This document shows, piece by piece, positions 20,562-29,491 of a stretch of DNA of 62,795 bases (position 1 is its first letter; each line of letters begins with the position of its first letter). The stretch is taken from the NCBI GenBank assembly GCA_964577685.1, contig CAZNZT010000009.1, positions 1 to 62,795 on the forward strand, in the 5' to 3' direction. The position numbers and the translations under genes are program-made. The stretch is from an uncultured Methanosarcinales archaeon (GTDB lineage: Archaea > Nanobdellota > Nanobdellia > Woesearchaeales > JACPBV01). The notes beneath the pieces were generated by a model. The model was not told the DNA's origin and searched no databases. It saw only the letters and a list, made by a program, of their open reading frames with translations.

Positions 20562-21185
20562 CTACGGCTTGGGGCATTTGCAGTCCTTGCAATATTTTAT
20601 TTTTTTTTCTATTTGTTTTGCTATTTCTTTGTTAAAGCCAATAATTGCCTTGTTTCCTATAAATGTTACTGGAGTGTGCTTTATTTTTATTCCATATTTA
20701 TTTGCTATTTTGTACATCAGATCAATGTTTTCTGATGTGTTTATGGTAAAGGTTTTAGCTATCAGGTCATGGTATTTGGATTGCATATCTAGTAAGAATT
20801 CTAGTTCTTTTAAAGATGCAGAGTCTTTGTTGTTATAGAACATATACAAACATAAGCACCCATCATCAGCCTTTCCATTGCAATCCTCATCTTGCTTGTT
20901 CCCGCAAATCTCCTCTCTCGGTTTTCCTTTCTTGCATTTACTCCAGCTCCCGTTTATACACTCTCTTGTTCCAAATTTACAAAGCCCAATGCCATAAGTG
21001 GTGCAGTTTTTTATTAGCCCCTCATCTATTAGTCCGTCTTTATCATCATCTATTCCATTACATATCTCTTTTGTTATGTTGTTATTTTTTGGGGGGTTTA
21101 CTTTTATTGTTATAATCCCATTTTTACAGCCAGATATAACCAGAATTGCCATTAGGATAATTACTATTGATTGTTTTTTGTCCAT
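20562..21185 (-). CDS. Putative lipoprotein with Cys/Asp metal-binding repeats and a degenerate thioredoxin-like domain
   Basis: Signal ending ISGC; EICNGIDDDKDGLIDEG and EICGNKQDEDCNGKADDG repeats; TPVTFIG...IGF; MDKKQ start used. Confidence 0.6.
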   Translation of the reverse strand: MDKKQSIVIILMAILVISGCKNGIITIKVNPPKNNNITKEICNGIDDDKDGLIDEGLIKNCTTYGIGLCKFGTRECINGSWSKCKKGKPREEICGNKQDEDCNGKADDGCLCLYMFYNNKDSASLKELEFLLDMQSKYHDLIAKTFTINTSENIDLMYKIANKYGIKIKHTPVTFIGNKAIIGFNKEIAKQIEKKIKYCKDCKCPKP

Positions 21186-21322
21186 TATTGTTTTATTCTG
21201 ATTTCGAACTATATAAAATTTTTGAAACACAATATTTATAAATAAAAATAGCCTTACTTAGTAAATGAAAACAAAAAATTTATTAAATTATATTTCTAAG
21301 GGATTATCAAGGGTGCTTATAT

Positions 21323-23047
21323 ATGACTAGGTATATTGTGATTGTTGGTGGTGTAATTTCAGGTATTGGTAAAGGTGTAACTACCGCATCAATAGGTAAG
21401 ATATTGCAGGAATATGGATTTAAGGTTACAGCAGTAAAAATAGACCCCTATATTAATTATGATGCAGGAACACTTAGACCAACAGAGCATGGCGAGGTTT
21501 GGGTTACGGATGATGGGGGGGAGATTGATCAAGACTTGGGTAATTATGAAAGATTTTTTGGTATTGACATACCCAAAAAGAATAATATAACAACCGGGCA
21601 GATCTACAAGACCATAATAGATAGGGAAAGAGCAGGAAAATATTTGGGGCAAACTGTTCAATTTATTCCACATTTATTAGATGAAATAAAAAGAAGAATA
21701 AGAAACGCATCAGCTGGATTTGATTTTTGTTTGGTGGAAATAGGAGGAACTGTTGGTGATTTTGAGAATATCCCTTATCTTTTTGCTATGAAGAGTATGG
21801 AAAGAGAGATAGGAAAAGAAAATGTTGTTTATATATTAATAACTTATTTGCCGATTCCTTCTCATATTGAAGAAATGAAAACAAAACCAACTCAACAGGC
21901 TATTAGGCTGTTAAGTGAAAATGGGATTTTACCTGATTTTATTATCTGTAGGGGTAAGCGGCCTTTGGATAATATAAGGAAAAAGAAAATTGAGGTTTCT
22001 GCAAATATTCCGTCTTCCCATATAATCTCAGAGCCAGATATAGACACGATTTATAGAATTCCTCTTGACCTAGAAAAAGAAAAGTTCGGATTAAAACTTT
22101 TAAATATATTCAAGGTTAAGGCAAAAAAGAAACCAAACTGGAGGAAATGGAAATTTCTTGTGGATAAACTTACCAATCTAGGAGATTCTATAAGAATTGC
22201 AATAGTTGGAAAATATGTTGATATCGGTGATTATAATCTTGCTGATTCTTATATCTCTATAAACCAAGCATTACAACATGCTTCAGCTAATCTTAATATG
22301 GGTATCAATATACATTGGTTAGATTCGAAAAGATTTGAGAATAGTAGCTCTAATCTTAAACAGCTGGACGAGTATGATGGTATAATTATCCCAGGTGGTT
22401 TTGGCTCTTCTGGTGTTAAAGGAAAGATAGAGGCTATAAGATATGCGAGAGAAAAAAATATTCCTTTCCTTGGTTTGTGCTATGGGATGCAATTAGCCGT
22501 GGTAGAGTTTGCTAGAAATGTATGCAAGATGAAAGATGCAAATACAACAGAGGTTGATCCAACTACACCGTACCCGGTTATAGATATACTGCCTACCCAA
22601 AAGAAGTTTCTTAAAGAAGGTAAATATGGGGGAACAATGCGTTTAGGAGCATATTTAGCTATACTAAAAGAAAAATCTCAGGTCTATAATCTATACAAAA
22701 CAAAAGGAAGGCTAGAAGAGGATAGGAAGAGGATTTCAAGATTGAAGAAAGAAGGTTCCTTTAGACTTGGTATTTTGGAAAAGAATAAACCAATGGTCCT
22801 TGAGAGGCATAGACACAGATATGAAGTGAATCCAAAATACATAAAAGTTCTTGTGGATAAGGGTTTAGTATTTTCTGGATATCACATTAGAGAGGATGGT
22901 ACGCGGTTGATGGAATTTATTGAATTGCCAACAAATATGTTTCATATAGGAACACAAGCCCATCCTGAGTTTAAGAGCAAACTAGAGAATCCTGCACCTC
23001 TGTTTTATGGTTTTGTAAAGGCAGCAATTAGGAGGCATAGAACTTAG
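21323..23047 (+). CDS. pyrG: CTP synthase
   Basis: GGVISGIGKG, KIDPYIN, EHGEV, KTKPTQ, GLCYGMQ, ERHRHRYE, QAHPEF. Confidence 0.97.
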   Translation: MTRYIVIVGGVISGIGKGVTTASIGKILQEYGFKVTAVKIDPYINYDAGTLRPTEHGEVWVTDDGGEIDQDLGNYERFFGIDIPKKNNITTGQIYKTIIDRERAGKYLGQTVQFIPHLLDEIKRRIRNASAGFDFCLVEIGGTVGDFENIPYLFAMKSMEREIGKENVVYILITYLPIPSHIEEMKTKPTQQAIRLLSENGILPDFIICRGKRPLDNIRKKKIEVSANIPSSHIISEPDIDTIYRIPLDLEKEKFGLKLLNIFKVKAKKKPNWRKWKFLVDKLTNLGDSIRIAIVGKYVDIGDYNLADSYISINQALQHASANLNMGINIHWLDSKRFENSSSNLKQLDEYDGIIIPGGFGSSGVKGKIEAIRYAREKNIPFLGLCYGMQLAVVEFARNVCKMKDANTTEVDPTTPYPVIDILPTQKKFLKEGKYGGTMRLGAYLAILKEKSQVYNLYKTKGRLEEDRKRISRLKKEGSFRLGILEKNKPMVLERHRHRYEVNPKYIKVLVDKGLVFSGYHIREDGTRLMEFIELPTNMFHIGTQAHPEFKSKLENPAPLFYGFVKAAIRRHRT

Positions 23048-23070
23048 TCTTAGAAAATTGACTTTAAATA

Positions 23071-23229
23071 GGAGCGTGTCTAAAAAATAGTTGCAGAAAT
23101 ATAGAGAATAAAGCTAAACTGATAAAAACATAGGTTTTTGTGCTTATGTTGCATTCTCGTCATAACATAGAAATTCCATCAAATTTTACAAATCCCTGTT
23201 ATCGTCTAATAAATTTTTAGACACGCTCC
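23071..23229. mobile_element. 159-bp MITE (non-autonomous IS derivative)
   Basis: Perfect 16-bp TIRs GGAGCGTGTCTAAAAA (23071-23086) / TTTTTAGACACGCTCC (23214-23229); 8-bp direct repeat TTTAAATA at 23063-23070 and 23230-23237. Confidence 0.85.
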
Positions 23230-23278
23230 TTTAAATAGTAAATTTTATTAATAAACCTGAGTTCTTGGTTATGAGAAT

Positions 23279-24262
23279 ATGGTAGAGGATAATTCAGGGG
23301 TATCTTTTGGTGAAGATAAAAACAAAGCTAAAAAAGAAATAAAACATTATAGAACTATACTAAATAGGGTTCTAAGATTTTATGATGTTAACTATAGAAG
23401 ATTATTGTTTATCCCCTTTATCATGCTCTTTTTGGCATTTATAGTCATAGCTATTCAGATAGGAAAGAGCGGCTCCTTTATAAATAAAGATGTTTCTTTG
23501 AAAGGTGGCGTTACAATTGTGGTTAGTCATGAGGGTAAGGCTGATTTGTTAGGACTAGAAAAAAAACTTTCATCAAGATTTGTTGGGCATGATATTTCCG
23601 TTAGGGCTATAAAAAAGGCAGGAAAACAAACCGGAATAATAGTTGTAGCCGATATTGATGGGACTAGTAAGAAAGAGTTAGACTCTTTTATTTCTTCATT
23701 AGAATCATTTTTGGGATTTAAACTTGATGAGAATCAATATAGTATAGAGATTATGGGTTCTTCCTTGGGAGCAAGTTTCTTTAAGGAAACAATAATTGCT
23801 TTGTTATTGGCATTTCTTTTGATGAGTGTTGTTGTTTTTATTTATTTCAGAACATTTGTACCAAGCATAGCAGTTATACTCTCGGCGTTTTCAGATATTG
23901 TAGTCACATTGGCAATTGTTGATTTACTCGGTATGAAACTAAGCACTGGTGGTATAGCAGCGTTTTTGATGTTGATAGGTTACTCTGTGGATACAGATAT
24001 GTTACTTACAACAAGGCTGATAAAGAGAAAGGAAGGTACGGTTCTGGATAGGACCATTGGGGCATTTAAAACAGGTATGGTGATGACCATCACAACAATT
24101 GCAGCAATTATCGTTGCCTTGTTGTTTACAAAGTCTGATATAGTGACTCAAATTATGACTATAGTTCTTATAGGCTTGTGCGTTGATATAGTGAATACAT
24201 GGATACAGAATGTTGGTATATTGAGAATCTATTTGGAAAGAAAGAATAAGATGGTAGAATGA
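23279..24262 (+). CDS. secF: Protein translocase subunit SecF
   Basis: SLKGG, SSLG, AAFLMLIGYSVDTDMLLT, DIVNTW. Confidence 0.93.
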   Translation: MVEDNSGVSFGEDKNKAKKEIKHYRTILNRVLRFYDVNYRRLLFIPFIMLFLAFIVIAIQIGKSGSFINKDVSLKGGVTIVVSHEGKADLLGLEKKLSSRFVGHDISVRAIKKAGKQTGIIVVADIDGTSKKELDSFISSLESFLGFKLDENQYSIEIMGSSLGASFFKETIIALLLAFLLMSVVVFIYFRTFVPSIAVILSAFSDIVVTLAIVDLLGMKLSTGGIAAFLMLIGYSVDTDMLLTTRLIKRKEGTVLDRTIGAFKTGMVMTITTIAAIIVALLFTKSDIVTQIMTIVLIGLCVDIVNTWIQNVGILRIYLERKNKMVE

Positions 24263-25983
24263 AGAGAAAGATTAAGAAGATATTCGGGAACATTAGGGTG
24301 ATAATCTTACTAATCTGTTTGCTTTTAGCTATTGTGGCGATTTATCCAAATCCTGGTAGAGAAGGGGTTGCAATAAGGAATGTTATCCCAAATTCTTCAG
24401 CTAATTTGGCAGGAATACAAAATCCAAAACCTAGAACTAGCCCTATGAAAAGAGAGTTGATTTTGGCTATAAATAATAAGGTAATCAGGAATATGGAGGA
24501 TTATGTTCAAGCAATAAGTTCAATCAAGGCGAATAGGACATTAGTAATAAAGACCAATAAGGATGTGTATAGATTAATCCCGAAAGAGAGAGTAAAAATA
24601 ATAGAGCTAAACAAGACAGAAGTTAGGAAAGTAGCAGAGACAAAAGAAGTTAATGTTACTATTAATGGGACATTGGTTGTAGTTAATAAGACAATCATAA
24701 GAACAGAAGAAGTACCAAAAAAGAAGAAGATTTCTTTGGGTGTGGAGGATATTGGTTTAAGAGTGTATCCTGCTCCAAAGACTAATATAAGGAAGGGGTT
24801 AGATTTGCAGGGAGGAACAAGGGTTTTATTGCAACCTGAGGAGAAGTTAACAAAAGAAGATATAGAAAACCTTATTGCTGTAATGAAGGAAAGATTGAAT
24901 GTGTATGGGTTGACGGATGTCATAATAAGGGAGGCTGGGGACCTTTCTGGTAATCAATATGTTCTTATAGAAATAGCTGGGGCAAATGAAGAGGAAATAA
25001 GGAATTTATTAGCAAAACAAGGAAAGTTTGAAGCGAAGATAGGAAATGAAACTGTTTTTAGAGGTGGAAGGGATATAACCTATGTTTGTAGATCAGCAGA
25101 TTGCTCTGGTATTGATCCATTTAGTGGTTGTAGTTATAATGGCAATCAATGGTTTTGTAGATTTAGGTTTGTTATATCTTTGTCACCAGAGGCAGCAAAA
25201 AGACAAGCAGAATTGACAAAAGATTTAGAGGTAGTGACAGAAGGTAAAGAACAATATTTAAGTAAAAAGCTTTTGTTGTTTTTGGATGATAAGAAGGTTG
25301 ATGAGTTAAGAATAGGGGCAGAGTTAAAGGGTAAGGCGGAAACAAGCATTCAGATATCTGGCCCTGGTTTAGGTGTAACAAAACAAGAAGCTGCTATTAA
25401 TGCCCTTCAGAATATGAAAAGATTGCAGACAATATTAATTACTGGTTCTTTGCCGATAAAACTTAAGATAGTAAAGACAGACTCTATTTCACCTATACTC
25501 GGGGAAGAGTTTGTTAGGAACTCTCTCTTTATTGGGATTTTGGCGATTTTAACTGTTTCTTTTATTATCTTTCTAAGATATAAGAGGCTTAAAGTTTCAA
25601 TACCATTAGTTCTTGTTTTAGTTTCGGAAGTTATAATCTTGCTTGGTTTTGCTGCATTGATAGGGTGGAATCTTGATTTAGCATCTATTGCTGGGATAAT
25701 AATCTCTGTGGGGACAGGTGTTGACCATAATATTATTATAACAGATGAAACCTTAAGGGGCGAAACAAGAAAAATATTTAATTGGAAACAGCGAATAAAA
25801 GGGGCTTTTTTTATAATTATAGGAGCATATCTTACAACAACATTCGCTATGATACCACTAATATTTGCTGGTGCTGGTTTATTGAAAGGATTTGCCATTA
25901 CTACTATAGCCGGAATCTCAATTGGAGTGCTTATTGGTAGGCCCGCATATGCTAGCATCATTGAAATATTGTTAAAGGATTAA
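24259..25983 (+). CDS. secD: Protein translocase subunit SecD with PDZ-like insertion
   Basis: GLDLQGG, RLNVYGL, GSLP, SIAGII.SVGTGVD, LKGFAITT, RPAY. Confidence 0.92.
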   Translation: MKRKIKKIFGNIRVIILLICLLLAIVAIYPNPGREGVAIRNVIPNSSANLAGIQNPKPRTSPMKRELILAINNKVIRNMEDYVQAISSIKANRTLVIKTNKDVYRLIPKERVKIIELNKTEVRKVAETKEVNVTINGTLVVVNKTIIRTEEVPKKKKISLGVEDIGLRVYPAPKTNIRKGLDLQGGTRVLLQPEEKLTKEDIENLIAVMKERLNVYGLTDVIIREAGDLSGNQYVLIEIAGANEEEIRNLLAKQGKFEAKIGNETVFRGGRDITYVCRSADCSGIDPFSGCSYNGNQWFCRFRFVISLSPEAAKRQAELTKDLEVVTEGKEQYLSKKLLLFLDDKKVDELRIGAELKGKAETSIQISGPGLGVTKQEAAINALQNMKRLQTILITGSLPIKLKIVKTDSISPILGEEFVRNSLFIGILAILTVSFIIFLRYKRLKVSIPLVLVLVSEVIILLGFAALIGWNLDLASIAGIIISVGTGVDHNIIITDETLRGETRKIFNWKQRIKGAFFIIIGAYLTTTFAMIPLIFAGAGLLKGFAITTIAGISIGVLIGRPAYASIIEILLKD

Positions 25984-25984
25984 G

Positions 25985-26371
25985 ATGGTCACGAGGAAAG
26001 GGGCTATTGCTTTAATGTTTTTATGTACCTTATTTACTTCAATAGCACAGGTCTTATATAAATTAGGAGTAAGAGAATTGGATTTTAATTTATTGTCAAT
26101 CTTGGGTAACGGTTATCTGATATTAGGAATTTTTCTTTACATAGTTGGGGCTTTTATTATGATAATAGCGCTTAAAGGTGGCGAGCTTTCTTCTCTTTAC
26201 CCGATTATTGCTACAAGCTATATATGGGTCAGTCTTTTTTCATTTTATTTTTTCGGTGATAGTATTAATCTATTAAGGTGGATGGGGATATTTGTAATAA
26301 TCATTGGAGTTTTTTTTGTTAGCATTGGGTCTAAAGAGAGGGGGATTCTTGAATATACCGATGTGATATAA
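25985..26371 (+). CDS. SMR/EamA-like 4-TM transporter subunit
   Basis: AQVLYK, ALKGGELSSLYP, WMGI..II.G. Confidence 0.8.
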   Translation: MVTRKGAIALMFLCTLFTSIAQVLYKLGVRELDFNLLSILGNGYLILGIFLYIVGAFIMIIALKGGELSSLYPIIATSYIWVSLFSFYFFGDSINLLRWMGIFVIIIGVFFVSIGSKERGILEYTDVI

Positions 26372-26374
26372 AAA

Positions 26375-26743
26375 ATGAAAACAGCTCTATGGTCTATCGG
26401 ATTAACGCTTTTGGCATCTCTTTTGGGCTCTTTTGGACCTGTGATGTTAAAGAAGTCCTCTAAGGATTTTTCATTTAGAACTAATATTTTTGATTTTATA
26501 CGGAATTATTATCTAATCGCTGGTTTTGCTTTTTATGCTGTAGGCACTTTGTTGTTTATTCCTGCACTTAAGGGCGGCGAACTTTCTGTTCTCTATCCAA
26601 TGGTTAGTACCGTTTATGTGTGGGTTGGTTTATGGTCTGTTCTATTTTTGAAGGAGAAGATGAATAGGTTTAAGTGGATTGGGATTTTTGTTATTATTTT
26701 GGGTGTTTTTTTTATTGGCTTAAGTACTTCCTTTAGTGGTTAG
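26375..26743 (+). CDS. SMR/EamA-like 4-TM transporter subunit (paralog, probable partner)
   Basis: ALKGGELSVLYP, FLKEKM..FKWIGI. Confidence 0.8.
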   Translation: MKTALWSIGLTLLASLLGSFGPVMLKKSSKDFSFRTNIFDFIRNYYLIAGFAFYAVGTLLFIPALKGGELSVLYPMVSTVYVWVGLWSVLFLKEKMNRFKWIGIFVIILGVFFIGLSTSFSG

Positions 26744-26883
26744 TGTGGCCACGTACTGTTCAAGTAAAGGATGTTCAATAGCGAGCGTTCAGAATAAGCT
26801 ATTTGGACTTGATATATGCCGGCTGTTAGCAGACCTGAGTGATAGCGAAGGTCGAGGATTGCCGAAGGCAACAAAGCCCTCTT

Positions 26884-27457
26884 AATCGCTGTTATATGAC
26901 CGAACCCGAAGGGTGAGGCAAGGAAACCGAAGGTTTCCGAAGAAGTCCGCCGTAGTCCGCCTATGATGGAGTTTGGTAATAAAAGAGTAACATAATGATT
27001 ACCTCAATTTAAATTCAAAGTGTTTTTTAGGTTCTCCTGTAAATTTTATCTCTAATTTTTCTCTTAAAAAGATTAATATTGTTTTCAATGTTTTTCCGTC
27101 ATTACTTATATATGCATTATAACCTTTTTCATATTTCTCTCTATATTTTTCTTTGAATTCTCTTATTATTTCTGGAGCATATTTTGACCATACAAGGGTG
27201 TGTCGTCCTGTTGAGCCACCTGTATAAAATTTACCAATTCTAGAAAGTTTTTCTTTAAAGTATCTTATACATTCTTTTCTTAATGTTTCATAGTACTTTC
27301 TTTTAGCACTGCTTTCTCTTGGAGAGTGCTCAACAAATTCAATTTCAATTATACCCTTCTTCCTAATATTAACCTTTGGTTTTAACATATAACTTAAATA
27401 GATATATACTTATTTATAAAAGTTGTTAACGGCGAGTGGAGGCGAATTGCGTATAAT
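26884..27457 (+). mobile_element. Putative structure-defined gene cassette 1 (degenerate arms)
   Basis: AATCGCT-GTTATATG, hairpins ACCC-GAA-GGGT and GGAAACC-GAA-GGTTTCC, GAAG-TCCGCC..TCCGCC; right end GGCGA..GGCGAA-TT-GCGTATAAT. Confidence 0.55.
26999..27388 (-). CDS. Hypothetical protein (cassette 1 cargo)
   Basis: 129-aa ATG ORF with an upstream TTTTATAAATA TATA-like box; no family recognised. Confidence 0.7.
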   Translation of the reverse strand: MLKPKVNIRKKGIIEIEFVEHSPRESSAKRKYYETLRKECIRYFKEKLSRIGKFYTGGSTGRHTLVWSKYAPEIIREFKEKYREKYEKGYNAYISNDGKTLKTILIFLREKLEIKFTGEPKKHFEFKLR

Positions 27458-27461
27458 ATAT

Positions 27462-29328
27462 GCGAATCGCTGTTATATTCCCCAAGCGAAGCGCAGGATC
27501 GAGTAGCGCAGGCGTAAGCCGAGCAACGCAGAAGTCACGAGGGCGCGCGACAATTTGATTAAATTTAAATAAATCCTATTCTTATTGTTGATTATGGGTA
27601 ATGAAAACTTTTGGGATTTTGAAGCTAAAATATTCAACGAAGTAGCAGAATTAACTCAAAAAGAATGTAAAGAAGATTACAAAAAAATTGCATGTGTATT
27701 GAATAATTGGGTTGGTCTTCTAAATATTGTTAAAAAGTATTCTCAAGATGAAGTTATAAATTCTGTTTCAGCAGTGTTTCTTCTAAATTCAGGTAAGCAG
27801 ATGAGATGGATTGCTCATGAAATTCTCTCTGGAACTTATTTTGAAGCAATTAGAGATTTAAGATGGGTATTTGAGACAATAATTTGGTCATTCAATATTG
27901 ATAACTGGTTAGATGAAGAAGCGAAACTCATATTTGGTGTGAATAAGGGGTCAGAAATGAGTTTAAAATATGAAACTCTTGCGCTAAAAGATATAGTTGA
28001 AGATATTCTAAGATACACTAGTTTTAAAGATAGGGAGAAAATAAAAAAAGAAAAGATAGAAGAACATATTAAATATCTCTCTCAAGAACAAAAAGAATTA
28101 TATAGAAAATTTTACTCTAATGTTTTGAATAAATTATTGTTTTGTAAATTTTCTGGAAAAAATGGATTAATATGGAATCTTCCATTTGTTACCAATGAAT
28201 TGAATGAATTATATGGAGAATTATCAAAATATACCCATTTTTCTCACAAAATATTACAGCCAATTTATGAAAAGGCTAATTGGGATTTAGTTTTTAATTT
28301 TTCGTTAGATAAAGAATTAGTAACTATCTGTACAAATTTCTTAATTAAAGTTATGGATGTTTTTTATTCATCCTTATATCTAAAATTTATAGAAATAAGA
28401 GATGAAATTAAGCAGAATATAGAATATTGCAAATCCCATGGAGTTTTATTTCCAATTACAGAGGGAGCAATAAAAACTCCAATAGATTTTAGGGTTTCAT
28501 TTAGAGAAGCACAAGAGTTAGTCAATTTCAAAATATTATCTGGAAATTATATAGCAAGAGATAGGGGTTGGGGAAAAAGTTTGTATCATAGAGAGATAGA
28601 AGTTGAAAGTGAAACTCATAGAAAATTAAAAGAGCTGAGTGTTAGACATTTTCAGAAATTAGGGTATAGGACCAATCAAATACCTGTCGGGATCAAAGAA
28701 GAACATACAATATCTGATTATTTTATGGTTAAAAATGGGATTTTCTATTTTGTTGAATGTCTGACTAACGAGGCAATTAGGAGTGATCCAAAAATAATTG
28801 AAAGAAAACTGAAATTAAGCGAGTATGCTCCAATGTGGTTTGTATTAGATAAGACAGCGAATCTTAAAATTTTTCCTGAAGATGAGAACGTTCATTTTTT
28901 ACTGATTGATATAAAGAGAAACAAATGTATTATCCCAAAAAAGAAAAAGGAAAGAAGTTTAGTATGGCAACTAGGAGAATCTGATGATCCTTCGGCAATA
29001 CCAAAATTGATAGAATTTACAAAAAGCAACAATGCTAATGAAAGAAGATTAGCAGCTTCTGGTTTGGGAAAATTAGCAAAATATAGACCGCAAATTTACA
29101 AAGCATGTCCATATTTGATAAAATTACTAAAAGATGAAAAACCTCAAGTTAGGCAATATACTGTAAAAGCTTTAGGTAAAATCAAGTATGTTAAAGCTCT
29201 ACCTCATTTAAGGGAATTGCTGAATGATGAGAAATACTATGTTAGAGAAGCTGATAAAATTGCTATTAGAAATTGCGAATTAGAATATGAGAGATATAAA
29301 AGAGCGCGCCCTCGTGATTGAATATAAC
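27462..29328 (+). mobile_element. Putative structure-defined gene cassette 2
   Basis: GTTATATTC (27472-27480)/GAATATAAC (29320-29328) and TCACGAGGGCGCGC (27535-27548)/GCGCGCCCTCGTGA (29304-29317) are perfect inverted pairs around one gene. Confidence 0.75.
27594..29321 (+). CDS. Multidomain protein: HEPN-like + PD-(D/E)XK-like + HEAT repeats (possible defence protein)
   Basis: LRWVFE...YGELSKYTH; ESETHRKLK...SDYF...FVECLT; C-terminal LIKLLKDEKPQVRQYTVKALG HEAT repeats. Confidence 0.6.
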   Translation: MGNENFWDFEAKIFNEVAELTQKECKEDYKKIACVLNNWVGLLNIVKKYSQDEVINSVSAVFLLNSGKQMRWIAHEILSGTYFEAIRDLRWVFETIIWSFNIDNWLDEEAKLIFGVNKGSEMSLKYETLALKDIVEDILRYTSFKDREKIKKEKIEEHIKYLSQEQKELYRKFYSNVLNKLLFCKFSGKNGLIWNLPFVTNELNELYGELSKYTHFSHKILQPIYEKANWDLVFNFSLDKELVTICTNFLIKVMDVFYSSLYLKFIEIRDEIKQNIEYCKSHGVLFPITEGAIKTPIDFRVSFREAQELVNFKILSGNYIARDRGWGKSLYHREIEVESETHRKLKELSVRHFQKLGYRTNQIPVGIKEEHTISDYFMVKNGIFYFVECLTNEAIRSDPKIIERKLKLSEYAPMWFVLDKTANLKIFPEDENVHFLLIDIKRNKCIIPKKKKERSLVWQLGESDDPSAIPKLIEFTKSNNANERRLAASGLGKLAKYRPQIYKACPYLIKLLKDEKPQVRQYTVKALGKIKYVKALPHLRELLNDEKYYVREADKIAIRNCELEYERYKRARPRD

Positions 29329-29491
29329 AACCATCAAACGAAATAATATTACGTTTAACATACTGTTTTAGGACAAAATGTGAACTTTTAAATAATCTGA
29401 TTCATACTTGTTTTGCATATGTCAAGTAAGTCTTCCGTTGGTTCGGAAATGTGGCCGAAAAGTTTATTAACATTTAAAAACAACTCTTTTT

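Noticed and set aside
26820..26965. GC-rich hairpins as a tRNA, CRISPR array, ribozyme or group II intron fragment
   Set aside because: No cloverleaf, no regular repeat-spacer period, no hammerhead core or domain V recognised; better explained as cassette ends
27386..27393. CATATAAC as the right end of cassette 1 (perfect complement of GTTATATG)
   Set aside because: It overlaps the cargo start codon, has no adjacent inner arm and would cut off the promoter; the 27431-27457 end fits the shared architecture, though this alternative is not fully excluded
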